NCBI GenBank assembly: GCA_963697335.1
Contig: CAVONQ010000002.1
Location: 64,001-128,000, forward strand
From: an uncultured cyanobacterium
GTDB lineage: Bacteria; Cyanobacteriota; Cyanobacteriia; PCC-6307; Cyanobiaceae
DNA length: 64,000 nucleotides
Reading direction: 5' to 3'
Shown here: one piece after another, positions 1-9,538 of the stretch
How positions within the stretch are numbered: position 1 is the first letter of the stretch
Layout of the letters: each line of letters begins with the position of its first letter
Made by a program: the position numbers and the translations under genes
Notes under the pieces: generated by a model
What the model saw: only the letters and a program-made list of their open reading frames with translations
Told to the model about the DNA's origin: nothing
Databases searched by the model: none

Positions 1-767
1 AAGCCCACCTGGCCCAGGGCCTTGATGAACAGGAAGCCGCTGCGGGCCGCCAGGCCGGGGATCTTGGCCTCCACCGTGGCGTCCCCGGGGGCCAGGGCGG
101 TGATGGTGCCGTTCTGATCCACGCGCACCACCTCATCCCCCTTGGAGACGCTCCAGGTGGGCCGGAAGGCGTCGCCGTTGTCCACCCCGGCCAGAACCGA
201 GGCAAAGCTCTCGTTGGTCTTGGTGTGCAGCGTCACGGTTTCGCTGCTGCCCACCGCCAGCTTGTTGCCGGCCTCGAGGCTGGCGATCACGGGCACATGG
301 CTGGTGCTGGTGACGAAGATCGAGTGGCTGGCCGTGTTGAAGGGCTTGGTCTCGATGGTGGCGACCTGGTCGGCGGGCAGCACCTTGAGGTTCACGGTGT
401 AGGGCACATCCGCGAAGGGTGAGCCCCGCAGGGTGGCGAACAGGGCGAACAGGATCGGCATCTGCACCAGCAAGGGCAGACAGCCCGCCAGGGGGCTGCC
501 GAACTCCTTCATCAACTTGCCCAGCTCCTCCTGCTGTTTCTGGGGGTTGCTGGCGTGGCGGGCCTTGATCTCGGCCTGGCGCTTCTGCATCACCGGCTGG
601 GCGATGCGCATGCGCCGGGCATTGCGGATCGAGCCGGCGCTGAGGGGAAACAGGGCGAGCCGGATCACCACCGTGAGGGCAATGATCGCCAGCCCGTAGC
701 TCGGCACCAATCCGTAGAAGAAATCGAGGATCGGGAGGAGCAGGTTGTCGGAGATGTAGCCGATCAC
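1..767 (-). CDS. yidC: Membrane protein insertase YidC (5' part; runs off the window)
   Basis: Not in the ORF track. Read manually from GTG at 767: (M)[40 protein letters not shown]...[28 protein letters not shown]. Last gene of the rpmH-rnpA operon. Confidence 0.95.
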   Translation of the reverse strand, partial: MIGYISDNLLLPILDFFYGLVPSYGLAIIALTVVIRLALFPLSAGSIRNARRMRIAQPVMQKRQAEIKARHASNPQKQQEELGKLMKEFGSPLAGCLPLLVQMPILFALFATLRGSPFADVPYTVNLKVLPADQVATIETKPFNTASHSIFVTSTSHVPVIASLEAGNKLAVGSSETVTLHTKTNESFASVLAGVDNGDAFRPTWSVSKGDEVVRVDQNGTITALAPGDATVEAKIPGLAARSGFLFIKALGQVG

Positions 768-828
768 AGCGGAGGGGGCCTGGGGGTGGAGGGAGGGCGT
801 GGCTCAGTGTGCCTGAGCAGGCGGGGCT

Positions 829-1239
829 TCAGGCGGCCATGCCCTTGGGGGCGGCCGGACGCCTGGCCTGACGACGCTCCTCGATGTAGGCCTCCAGCTC
901 GCGAAAGCGAGGCATGGAGCGCATTTCGAGCTTGGCGCCGTCGTTGAGCACCAGCACCATGTCGCCCCAGGCGCCGAAGCCGCGGGGCACGCTGCGCACC
1001 TCCCGGATCTGGCTGTACACCACCTGGGTGCGGTCGCGGCCCAGCCAGCCGCCATTGATCTCGATGCGGCGGCTGGTGATGCGGAAGCGCAGCCACAGGG
1101 CGCGCACCAGGGCCCCAACGGCAAAGGGCAGGCCGATCACGGTGAGGCCGAAGAGCAAGTTGGTGATCAGGTCGCCCTTGGCGGGGCCACCTTCGTAGAA
1201 CACCGTTTCCTGGATCTCGGTGGGGCTCTGCTTGCTCAT
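829..1239 (-). CDS. Bacterial PH domain-containing membrane protein
   Basis: 136 aa with a hydrophobic segment followed by RFRITSRRI...WGDMVL. Typical cyanobacterial gene between rnpA and yidC. Confidence 0.85.
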   Translation of the reverse strand: MSKQSPTEIQETVFYEGGPAKGDLITNLLFGLTVIGLPFAVGALVRALWLRFRITSRRIEINGGWLGRDRTQVVYSQIREVRSVPRGFGAWGDMVLVLNDGAKLEMRSMPRFRELEAYIEERRQARRPAAPKGMAA

Positions 1240-1619
1240 CGTCTCAGACCTGCTCGTTGCAGAAGCTGCTCACATTCTTCCAGTAGGGCGTCGTCGCCGC
1301 GATCGGCACTGCCAGGCTTGAGACTGAGCAGCAGCCACACCGGACCCTGGGGCGAGGTGAGCTCCTGGCCGACCAGGTGGCTGTGCAGCAGGCGGCGCAG
1401 GCGGTTGCGCCGCACGGCCCGCTTGTGAACCTTGGAGCTGATCACCACCCCGCAGCGCCAGGAACTCAGGGCGTGGCCGCGGTCGGCCTTGGGTTCCAGC
1501 GGCGCCTTGGCCGGATGCCAACGCAGGGAGAGGTGGGGGCTGTGGAGCTGGCGGCCCCGGCGGTAGAGGGCGTCAAAGACACGCTGCCCCTTGAGCCTGT
1601 GGCGGCGGGGCAGGGCCAT
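1236..1619 (-). CDS. rnpA: Ribonuclease P protein component
   Basis: MALPRRHRLK and the RNR motif SKVHKRAVRRNRLRR. Follows rpmH. Confidence 0.95.
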   Translation of the reverse strand: MALPRRHRLKGQRVFDALYRRGRQLHSPHLSLRWHPAKAPLEPKADRGHALSSWRCGVVISSKVHKRAVRRNRLRRLLHSHLVGQELTSPQGPVWLLLSLKPGSADRGDDALLEECEQLLQRAGLRR

Positions 1620-1623
1620 AGCC

Positions 1624-1761
1624 TCAGACGGCCAGTCGGGAGCGTCCGCGGCGGCGACGGGTGCGGATCACGCGGCGGCCGGTGTGGCTGCGCATGCGCA
1701 CGCGGAAGCCAGACACGCGCTTGCGCTTGCGGCTTGTGCCCCCCAGGGTTCGCTTGGTCAT
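1624..1761 (-). CDS. rpmH: 50S ribosomal protein L34
   Basis: Manual translation [45 protein letters not shown] (45 aa, not in the ORF track). Confidence 0.97.
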   Translation of the reverse strand: MTKRTLGGTSRKRKRVSGFRVRMRSHTGRRVIRTRRRRGRSRLAV

Positions 1762-1843
1762 GGCTCTCTGATCGCTCCTTCCGTCGCGTGGTTACTGGTG
1801 TTGGGTCAAGCTATCAGGCCACCTTGCGGTGCCTGGCAGCAGC

Positions 1844-2446
1844 TCAGTTGCTGGGGGGATCGATCTGGATCAGCCAGCTGCCGAGGTAGCCCGAAATCGG
1901 CACCTCGCCGGGGGCCTGGGCCAGGGCGTTGAACTGGTACATCCCCACATCGAAGGGATTGAACAGGTTCATGTACACCCCGATCGTGTCGGTGTCCGAC
2001 ACCGGGGTGTCGGGGAAGATCTCGATGGCACCGCCGTTCTCGGCCACCTCGATCGTGGCGGGGATGGTCTCCAGGCAACGGGTGCGCGACAGCATGCCTC
2101 CCTTGCTCATCTTGCAGAGTTTCACCCGGCTGGGTTCGATCTTGGCGTCGAAGTGGTCGGGGATCGTGACGCTCAGCTTGAGGATCGCGGTCTTGCGGTC
2201 CTTCGGGCGCAGCACCAGGTAGTACTCCGAGCGCCGCAGGCGCTGGGTGTTGGTCATGAAGAAATAGAGCTTGCGGTAGTCGCGGCTGTTCTCCCAGCGG
2301 AACTCCAGCAGGCCAGGGGTGCCCTGGGCCAGGGCCGGTGGCTGCAGGGCTGCAGGGCTCAGCAGGCTCAGGGCGCTGAAGGCGGCGGTACCGAGCCCCG
2401 CTGCCAGGGTGAGGGCCAGGGGGCGGCGTGGTGGGTGAAAACCCAT
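1844..2446 (-). CDS. DUF2808 family exported protein
   Basis: Signal-like N-terminus and C-terminal NP..GMYQFNALAQAPG..SGYLGSWLIQI. Confidence 0.8.
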   Translation of the reverse strand: MGFHPPRRPLALTLAAGLGTAAFSALSLLSPAALQPPALAQGTPGLLEFRWENSRDYRKLYFFMTNTQRLRRSEYYLVLRPKDRKTAILKLSVTIPDHFDAKIEPSRVKLCKMSKGGMLSRTRCLETIPATIEVAENGGAIEIFPDTPVSDTDTIGVYMNLFNPFDVGMYQFNALAQAPGEVPISGYLGSWLIQIDPPSN

Positions 2447-2518
2447 GGGGCCTGCTCCGATCAATCTTTCAATCCCAGCAGAGCAGACGCGGTGCTGCGG
2501 GCTGAGGTGGTCGGCGGG

Positions 2519-2893
2519 CTAGCTGGCGCGGTCGGGACGCAGCCGGCTCGCGCCCCGCAGATAGGGGTGGCACGGCTGGCGATCGGGATCCATCCAGGCG
2601 TGGGCCAGCAGGCGGATGCAGTGCTCCAGATCCCCCGCCACCGCCATCTGCTGGCAATCGAGCAGGGCCACATGCTCCCAGCCTGGCCGGCGCCGGGCGA
2701 TCGCGGCGGGGAAGCAGGCGTCGAGATCGGTGGTCACCGAGAAGGTCACCGAGAGCACCTGATCTCCTTCCAGACCGTTGCGCTCCACCAGCGCCTGCAT
2801 CAGTTCGGCCACGGCCTCATCGATCGCGGCCGCCGTGTTCGCCTGGCTGGTGGTGGCCCCTCGCAGGGCTCGCAGCTGCAGCCCGCCGCTCAT
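2519..2893 (-). CDS. aroH: Chorismate mutase, AroH type
   Basis: RALRGATT, FSVTTDLDACFPA, CIRLLAH, HPYLRGASRLRPD. ATG overlaps the sppA stop. Confidence 0.93.
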   Translation of the reverse strand: MSGGLQLRALRGATTSQANTAAAIDEAVAELMQALVERNGLEGDQVLSVTFSVTTDLDACFPAAIARRRPGWEHVALLDCQQMAVAGDLEHCIRLLAHAWMDPDRQPCHPYLRGASRLRPDRAS

Positions 2894-3702
2894 GGGCGGA
2901 ACAGCCACAGGGGCTGGCCGCACCAGCCCAGCTCCAGGCTGAGCAGCTGCTGCACCCGGTCCACCTGGCTGCGGCCGGGGATCAGGCCGGCGAAGCGCTT
3001 GGGCGGGGTGCCGAAGGTGATGGGGCGGCTCTTCTCCGCATCCAGCCCGGCCAGCTCGGCCGCCAGGCGGCGGGCCGCCTCCTCATCCCCCAGAACATCC
3101 ACCAGACCCAGCTCCAGGGCCTGGGCCCCACTGAACACGCGTCCATCGGCGAAGGCACGCACGGCCTCGGTCTCGAGCTGGCGACCTTCCGCCACGGCCC
3201 CCACGAACTGCTGGTAGCTGGAGTCGATCAGGCTCTGCAGCAGTTCCCGTTCCGCCTCGCTCAGGGCCCGATCCGGCGAGAGGATGTCCTTGTAGAGGCC
3301 GCTCTTCACCGTTTCGAAGCTCACGCCGATCCGCTCGAGCAGTTTCGAGAGGTTGTTGCCCCGCAGGATCACGCCGATCGAGCCGGTGATGCTGCCTGGG
3401 TTGGCCACGATCTTTTCGGCCGCCACGCCGATGTAGACGCCCCCGGAGGCGGAGATGTTGCCGAAGCTGGCCACCACGCGGCAGCCCTTCTCACGCAGTC
3501 GCAGCAGGCCCGCGTGGATCTCCTGGCTGTCGCCCACGGTGCCGCCGGGACTGTCGATCCGCAGCAGCAGGGCCGGGCACTCCCGTTGCTCCACCTGGCG
3601 CAGGGCCTTGAGCACCCTGGTGCGCGTGCCCCCGCCAATGGGGCCTTCGATGGCGATTCGCGCCATGGTGCGGCGTGTCTTGCGGCGCCAGGGCCAGACC
3701 AT
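2890..3702 (-). CDS. sppA: Signal peptide peptidase SppA (S49)
   Basis: LRIDSPGGTVGDS, SASGGVY, GSIGVI, KSGLYKD, ADGRVFSG. Confidence 0.93.
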   Translation of the reverse strand: MVWPWRRKTRRTMARIAIEGPIGGGTRTRVLKALRQVEQRECPALLLRIDSPGGTVGDSQEIHAGLLRLREKGCRVVASFGNISASGGVYIGVAAEKIVANPGSITGSIGVILRGNNLSKLLERIGVSFETVKSGLYKDILSPDRALSEAERELLQSLIDSSYQQFVGAVAEGRQLETEAVRAFADGRVFSGAQALELGLVDVLGDEEAARRLAAELAGLDAEKSRPITFGTPPKRFAGLIPGRSQVDRVQQLLSLELGWCGQPLWLFRP

Positions 3703-3765
3703 GGAACTCTTGTGTGGTTGCCGGATCTTAAAAAGAAGCTCCCACCGGCCTTGAACACCGCCCCC

Positions 3766-4701
3766 ATGCCCCAGGCCCTGCGCTGGTTGCTGATGCTGTT
3801 GCCCTTTGCCCTCTGGGGCACGGCCATGGCGGCGATGCGACCCCTGCTCAGCGACGCCGCCCCCCTGCTGGTGGCCACGCTGCGGTTGCTGCCGGCCGGG
3901 CTGCTGCTGCTGCTGGCGGCCCGGCTGCTGGGCCGCCCCCTGGCCATTCACCGCGCCGACTGGCCCTGGCTGCTCGCCTTTGCCCTGGTGGACGGGGCCC
4001 TGTTCCAGGGGCTGCTGGCCCGGGGCCTGGTGCAGACGGGGGCCGGGCTGGGCTCGGTGCTGATCGATTCCCAGCCCCTGCTGGTGGCCCTGATGGCCCG
4101 CAGTCTGTTCGGCGAGGCGATCAACCCGGTGGGCTGGCTGGGGCTGGTGCTGGGGCTGCTGGGCATCCTCTGCCTAGGCCTGCCGGCCGCCGTGCTGCGC
4201 CACTGGTGGCTGGAAGGGCCCCTGGTGCTGGATCAGCGGGCCTGGAGCCATGGCGAGCTCTGGATGCTGGGCGCGGCGGTGGCGATGGCGGTGGGCACGG
4301 TGCTCTGCCGCTATGCGGTGCGCCACAGCGACCCGGTGGCGGTCACCGGCTGGCACATGCTGCTGGGGGGGGTGCCCCTGCTGGCGCTCCACGGGGGACC
4401 GCTGCTGGCATCGGGTGGCCCCTGGCTGCCGGCCTGGTCGTCGCTGCAGTGGGGTCTGATGGCCTACGCCAGCCTGCTGGGCAGTGCTCTGGCCTACGGA
4501 TTGTTCTTCTGGTTTGCGAGCAGCGGTGACCTCACCGGCTTCACCGCCCTCACCTTCCTCACCCCCGTGTTTGCCGTGCTCTGTGGCGTGGTGTGGCTGC
4601 AGGAGCGGCTGTCCCCGCTGCAGTGGCTGGGGGCCGGCCTGGCGATGGTGTCGGTGCTGCTGATCAACCGCCGCCAGCAGCTCTGGGGAGGACCGCTCTG
4701 A
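3766..4701 (+). CDS. DMT/EamA family transporter
   Basis: About 10 hydrophobic segments; LWGTAM, SQPLLVA, FLTPVFA. Confidence 0.88.
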   Translation: MPQALRWLLMLLPFALWGTAMAAMRPLLSDAAPLLVATLRLLPAGLLLLLAARLLGRPLAIHRADWPWLLAFALVDGALFQGLLARGLVQTGAGLGSVLIDSQPLLVALMARSLFGEAINPVGWLGLVLGLLGILCLGLPAAVLRHWWLEGPLVLDQRAWSHGELWMLGAAVAMAVGTVLCRYAVRHSDPVAVTGWHMLLGGVPLLALHGGPLLASGGPWLPAWSSLQWGLMAYASLLGSALAYGLFFWFASSGDLTGFTALTFLTPVFAVLCGVVWLQERLSPLQWLGAGLAMVSVLLINRRQQLWGGPL

Positions 4702-5810
4702 TGCGGCTCCTGGTGGTGAACACCCCCGTGGGGCCCCTGGGCAGCGGCGCCGGTGGCGGCGTGGAGCTCACGGCCCTCTCCCTGGTGGCGGGGCTGTTGC
4801 AACGTGGCCATCAGGTGATGGTGCTGGCCGCCGAGGGCTCCCGGCTGCCGCCCAGCTGTGGCGGCGCTGAGCTCTGGCTGGAGCGGGGCGAGGCCCAGCC
4901 CAGCTGCCAGCACCAGGAGCGCCTCAGCCCGGTGCTGATCCCCGCCGATGGCCTGCTGCCCCGGCTCTGGCGGCGGGCCCTGAGCCACCAGCATCGCGCC
5001 GATCTGATCCTCAACCTCGCCTACGACTGGCTGCCGCTCTGGCTCACGCCCCACGTACCCACGCCCCTGGTCCACCTGATCAGCATGGGATCCGTGGGCG
5101 AGGCGATGGATGCGGTGATCGCCGAGGTGGCGTCCCGGCAGCCAGGGCGCTTCGCCTTCCACACCGCTGCCCAGGCCGCCGATTTCAGCCTGCCCGGACC
5201 GCCACGGCTGGTGGGCAACGGCTTCGACCTCGATCAATACCGCTTCAATCCCCAGCCGCAGCGCCTGCTGGGCTGGGCCGGCCGCATCGCGCCCGAGAAG
5301 GGCCTCGAGGATGCGGCGGCCGTGGCGGCCCAGCTGCAGATGCCCCTGGCGGTGTGGGGCCTGCCCCAGGATCCGGCCTATGCCCGTTGGGTGGAGAGCT
5401 CCGTGCCCCCCGGCACGCTGCAGTGGCGTGGTTTTCTGCCCACCGAGCAGCTGCAGGCCGAGCTGGGGCGCTGCGCGGTGGTGCTCAACACCCCGAAGTG
5501 GAACGAGGCTTTCGGCAACGTGGTGGTGGAGGCCATGGCCTGTGGGGTGCCGGTGGCGGCCTACGCCCGGGGCGGCCCGGGGGAACTGGTGCAGGAGGGG
5601 CTCAACGGCGCCCTGGCGGCGGCCGATGACCGGGCAGCCCTGGCCCTGGCCACCGAGCGGGCGCTGGGGGTGGAGCGGGCGGCTTGCCGTCGCTGGGTGG
5701 AGCGCCACTGTTCCCGGGCCGTGTTCGCCGAGCGGATCGAGGCCTGGCTGGAGGAGGTGCTGGGGGAGGAGAGGCTGGAAGGGGGTGGAGCCCCCGAGGG
5801 GCGCAGATAG
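4701..5810 (+). CDS. Glycosyltransferase family 4
   Basis: GRIAPEKG and EAFGNVVVEAMACGVPV. ATG overlaps the DMT stop codon. Confidence 0.9.
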   Translation: MRLLVVNTPVGPLGSGAGGGVELTALSLVAGLLQRGHQVMVLAAEGSRLPPSCGGAELWLERGEAQPSCQHQERLSPVLIPADGLLPRLWRRALSHQHRADLILNLAYDWLPLWLTPHVPTPLVHLISMGSVGEAMDAVIAEVASRQPGRFAFHTAAQAADFSLPGPPRLVGNGFDLDQYRFNPQPQRLLGWAGRIAPEKGLEDAAAVAAQLQMPLAVWGLPQDPAYARWVESSVPPGTLQWRGFLPTEQLQAELGRCAVVLNTPKWNEAFGNVVVEAMACGVPVAAYARGGPGELVQEGLNGALAAADDRAALALATERALGVERAACRRWVERHCSRAVFAERIEAWLEEVLGEERLEGGGAPEGRR

Positions 5811-5834
5811 GGTCGCCCCAGCCTCCTGGGCCCA

Positions 5835-7661
5835 GTGACCCCTGCTCCGGTTCCCACTCCCCAGCGTCGCCGGCTGCTGCTGCTCTGCCTTGGCCTGGGG
5901 ATGGTGCTGTTCCTGTGGCAGCTGGGGGCCAGTGGCCTGGTGGATGAGACGCCACCGCTGTTTGCCGCCTCGGCCCGGGCGATGGCCGAGGGCGGTGACT
6001 GGCTGATTCCGTGGGTCAACGGTCTGCCCCGCTACGACAAGCCGCCTCTGGTGTACTGGGGGATGGGCCTGGTCTATGCCCTCCCCGGCCAGGGGTGGTG
6101 GAACCCCCTGGGCAGCTGGGCGGCCAGGCTGCCCTCAGCCCTGGCCTCGATCGGGCTGATGCTGGCCCTGGCGGACACCCTGCTGCGCTGGCCCCAGCAC
6201 GGCCGCCGTGCCGCCCTGGCCGCCCTGACGGCGGCCGTGGCCTTCGCCCTCTCGCCCCTGGTGCTGCTGTGGGGGCGGATTGCAGTGAGCGACGGCCTCT
6301 TTTCCGGTTGCCTGGGCCTCAGCCTGCTGCTCTGCTGGCGCTGCTATGCCGCTGGCGGCCGCGGCTGGTGGTGGGGATGGCTCTGGCTGGGCCTGGCGGT
6401 GCTGACCAAGGGGCCGGTGGCGGTGCTGTTGCTTGGCCTCACCCAGCTGCTGTTCGGCTGGCTGCAGGGTGACCTGGCGCGGCTCTGGTGCCGGCTGCGG
6501 CCGCTGCCGGGCCTGGCGATCACGGCGGCCCTGAGCCTGCCCTGGTATGGCCTGGCCCTGGCGGTGGAGGGGGAGCCGTTCTGGCGCAGCTTCTTCGGCT
6601 ACCACAACCTGCAGCGCTTCACGGCTGCGGTGAACAACCACTCCCAGCCCTGGTGGTTTTTCGGGCCGGTGCTGCTGCTGGCCAGCCTGCCCTGGAGCCC
6701 CGTGCTGCTGCTGGGCCTGCTGCAGGGCCTCAGGGGCCCCGGGCCCTGGCGCTGGCGCCGGGTTCCTGTGGCGTCGCTGCCGCCGGCCCTGTCGCTGCAG
6801 CGCTACAGCGCCTGCTGGCTGCTGGCGGTGCTGCTGTTCTTCACCCTGGCGGCCACCAAACTGCCCAGTTACTGGCTGCCCGCCACGCCGGCGGCCGGGG
6901 TGCTGGTGGCCCTGGCGGCCCAGCGGGCCCAGGCGACGCGCTGGGGCTGGGGTTGCGCTGCAGCCACCACGGTGCTGCTGAGCCTGGGGATGGCCCTTGT
7001 TTTCGCCGCCGCCCCGCTGTGGTTGCCCCTGGTGATCACGCCGGAGATGCCATCGCTCCCCCAGGAGCTGCTGGATTCGCGCCTGCTGGCCCTCGCCGCC
7101 GGCTGCTACGGCGCCGCCGCCTTGGGAGGGGCGCTGCTGTGGTGGCGGCGTCAGCCGCTGCTGGGGCTGGCGGCGCTGCAGGGGCCGCTGCTGCTGTTCG
7201 TGCCCCTGGTGCTGCTGCCCAGCTGGCAGCTGGGGGACCGGCTGCGGGGCCTGCCGGTGCGGGCCATGGCCAGGGCCGTGGGGCAGCACCAGGAGCGCGC
7301 CCAGCCCCTGGCCATGGTGGGCATGTTGAAACCCTCGCTGCACTACTACAGCCGTCGCGTGGTGATCTACGAGGGAGCCCCTGCCTCGGGGCTGGTGAAC
7401 CTGGCCGATCGCCTGGCGCGGGAGCGCCGCCGGGGCCAGGAGCCGAGTGGGGTCGAGCAGCAGCCCACGCTGCTGCTGGTGATCGATGCCGAAACGGCCG
7501 AGCGGCCCCACTGGCGCGATCTGCAGCCCGAGGTGCTGGCCTCCTCCGGGATCTATCGGCTCTGGCGCCTGGATCGCCAGCGCCTGGAGCGCCGTGCCGC
7601 GCAGCTGCGCGCCGCCGGCCTGGGGCCGGACTGGCAGGCCCCGCGGCCCGAGCGCTACTGA
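5835..7661 (+). CDS. ArnT/PMT-like (GT-C) membrane glycosyltransferase
   Basis: DETPPLFA..M...GDWLIP..NG.PRYDKPPLVYW, LTKGP, TKLPSY, plus many TM helices. Confidence 0.88.
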   Translation: MTPAPVPTPQRRRLLLLCLGLGMVLFLWQLGASGLVDETPPLFAASARAMAEGGDWLIPWVNGLPRYDKPPLVYWGMGLVYALPGQGWWNPLGSWAARLPSALASIGLMLALADTLLRWPQHGRRAALAALTAAVAFALSPLVLLWGRIAVSDGLFSGCLGLSLLLCWRCYAAGGRGWWWGWLWLGLAVLTKGPVAVLLLGLTQLLFGWLQGDLARLWCRLRPLPGLAITAALSLPWYGLALAVEGEPFWRSFFGYHNLQRFTAAVNNHSQPWWFFGPVLLLASLPWSPVLLLGLLQGLRGPGPWRWRRVPVASLPPALSLQRYSACWLLAVLLFFTLAATKLPSYWLPATPAAGVLVALAAQRAQATRWGWGCAAATTVLLSLGMALVFAAAPLWLPLVITPEMPSLPQELLDSRLLALAAGCYGAAALGGALLWWRRQPLLGLAALQGPLLLFVPLVLLPSWQLGDRLRGLPVRAMARAVGQHQERAQPLAMVGMLKPSLHYYSRRVVIYEGAPASGLVNLADRLARERRRGQEPSGVEQQPTLLLVIDAETAERPHWRDLQPEVLASSGIYRLWRLDRQRLERRAAQLRAAGLGPDWQAPRPERY

Positions 7662-8185
7662 GCGCTTGTGCCAGCGGGGCTGTCGGCGAGGACCTGACGG
7701 CGGCAGAAGCTGCAGCTGCCCCAGCGGGCCATCTCGCCGGCTGGGGCAGGGCAGTGGCAGGCGGGGCAGGAGGCCATGCCGTGCACGTCCACCCGACTGG
7801 GATGGAGGGCCCAGGTGCCTGCCGTCTCCTCAGCGCCCAGCTCAGGTTTGATGGCTGGATGGTGCTGGGTGACGCGCACCTCCCGCACGGCAAAGCCGGC
7901 GGCCCGCAGGCTGCCGAGCAGCTGGTGGCGGTTGTACTGAAGGGCCTGGAGCCAGGGGCCGGGGGCGGCTCCCACCGTGAGCACGGAGCCCTGCAGGCGC
8001 AGGGGGCGGCAGTGGGGGGCCAGCTGGGGACCGGCCAGGGTCGGCCAGCGCTGCCACAGGGCCCCCAGGTTGCCCTGGCGCTGCCACTGCTGCTGCAGGG
8101 TGTCGAGGCACTGGGCCAGGGCCGTGGCCGGCGGGTGTCTGGCCGGCACCATCACCGTGATGCTGCCGATGCGGCGCTGACCCAT
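7655..8185 (-). CDS. DUF721/DciA family protein with C-terminal Cys motif
   Basis: WQRWPTLAGPQLAPHCRPL, W.QALQY, CPACHC...CSFC. Start could be as far up as 8239. Confidence 0.75.
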   Translation of the reverse strand: MGQRRIGSITVMVPARHPPATALAQCLDTLQQQWQRQGNLGALWQRWPTLAGPQLAPHCRPLRLQGSVLTVGAAPGPWLQALQYNRHQLLGSLRAAGFAVREVRVTQHHPAIKPELGAEETAGTWALHPSRVDVHGMASCPACHCPAPAGEMARWGSCSFCRRQVLADSPAGTSAQ

Positions 8186-8340
8186 GGCCGGGGCTGTGCC
8201 GCGGCCCCGCTGTCGCTGCGACCCTGCCATGGCGCCCACCAGATCCTGCTCCCATTCTGAGTCCTGAGCGCGATGGTGCTGCTCCGATCAGACGCTGGTG
8301 AGGTTCATGGTTAGCCTCTGGCCTTGCCCCCAGCTGCGCC

Positions 8341-9120
8341 ATGGGCTTTTTTGACCGCCTCAGCCGACTGCTCCGTGCCAACGCCAATGCGGCGATCGGC
8401 AGCATGGAGGATCCCTCCAAGATCCTCGATCAGTCCGTCGCGGACATGCAGTCCGACCTGATCAAGCTCCGCCAGGCGGTGGCCACGGCCATTGCCAGCC
8501 AGAAGCGGATCGCCAACCAGGCCGAACAGGCAGAGAGCCAGTCCAAGACCTGGTACCAGCGCGCCGAACTGGCCCTGCAGAAGGGGGAGGACGACCTCGC
8601 CCGCGAGGCCCTGACTCGCCGCAAGACCTACGACGACACCGCCACCGCCCTCACCACCCAGCTCAAGAGCCAGGCCGGCCAGGTGGACGCGCTCAAGAAG
8701 AGCCTGGTGTCCCTGGAGGCCAAGATCGCCGAGGCCAAGACCAAGAAGGACATGCTCAAGGCCCGGGCCCAGGCCGCCCAGGCCCAGGAGCAGCTCCAGA
8801 GCGCCGTGGGCAACCTCGGCACCAACTCCTCGATGGCCGCCTTTGAGCGCATGGAGGAAAAGGTGCAGAACCTGGAGGCCCGCAGCCAGGCGGCGGCCGA
8901 GCTGGCCGGTGCTGACCTCGAGAGCCAGTTCGCTGCGCTGGAGAGCAGCGATGTGGACGACGAACTCGCCGCCCTCAAGAACCGGCTTTCCGGCGCCGCC
9001 GGCCCCGCCCCACTGGCCCTGCCCAAGGACTCCGATCCCGTGCCCCAGCTGGAGCCGGTGAAGGTGGCCGAGGTGGATGCCGAACTCGAAGAGCTCAAGC
9101 GCTCGATCGACAAGCTCTGA
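8341..9120 (+). CDS. vipp1: PspA/IM30 family protein (Vipp1)
   Basis: MGFFDRLSRLLRAN, EDPSKIL, AFERMEEKV, and the C-terminal extra helix VDAELEELKRSIDKL. Confidence 0.93.
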   Translation: MGFFDRLSRLLRANANAAIGSMEDPSKILDQSVADMQSDLIKLRQAVATAIASQKRIANQAEQAESQSKTWYQRAELALQKGEDDLAREALTRRKTYDDTATALTTQLKSQAGQVDALKKSLVSLEAKIAEAKTKKDMLKARAQAAQAQEQLQSAVGNLGTNSSMAAFERMEEKVQNLEARSQAAAELAGADLESQFAALESSDVDDELAALKNRLSGAAGPAPLALPKDSDPVPQLEPVKVAEVDAELEELKRSIDKL

Positions 9121-9205
9121 ATCGCTGCTCTTCTGCCCTGCCGGCCATGGGCCTGGTCGGCGGCAGGCGTGCCCTTACCTTGAGCTCCTCCCCCCTGCTG
9201 TTGCC

Positions 9206-9538
9206 GTGTCTGCTGCCGTGTCCGTCGTCCATCTCACCGACGCCAACTTCGAGGCTGAGGTGACCGCCTGCAGCGACGCTGTGCTGGTGGATGTCTGGGC
9301 CCAGTGGTGTGGCCCCTGTCGACTGATGGCGCCGCTGATGGACTGGGCTGCCAGCGACTACGCCGGGCGCCTCAAGGTGGGCAAGCTCGAGGCCGATCCC
9401 AACCCCGAGAGCCGCGACCGCCTGCAGGTGCAGGGCCTGCCCACCCTGGTGCTGTTCAAGGCCGGAGCCCCGGTGGCTCGCCATGAGGGCGCCATGGCCA
9501 AGGCCCAGCTCAAGGCCTTCCTGGATGCCCATCTCTGA
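9206..9538 (+). CDS. Thioredoxin
   Basis: WAQWCGPC active site. GTG start is estimated. Confidence 0.9.
   Translation: MSAAVSVVHLTDANFEAEVTACSDAVLVDVWAQWCGPCRLMAPLMDWAASDYAGRLKVGKLEADPNPESRDRLQVQGLPTLVLFKAGAPVARHEGAMAKAQLKAFLDAHL

Noticed and set aside
829..1761. PH-domain gene in place of yidD, and no divergent dnaA next to rpmH
   Set aside because: This is the usual cyanobacterial arrangement and not novel.
6135..8260. Long alternative-frame and antisense ORFs (for example 6488-8260, 16304-17920, 30704-32602, 40508-42529, 49122-51506)
   Set aside because: Shadow ORFs expected at this high GC content. They overlap well-supported genes and lack recognisable motifs.
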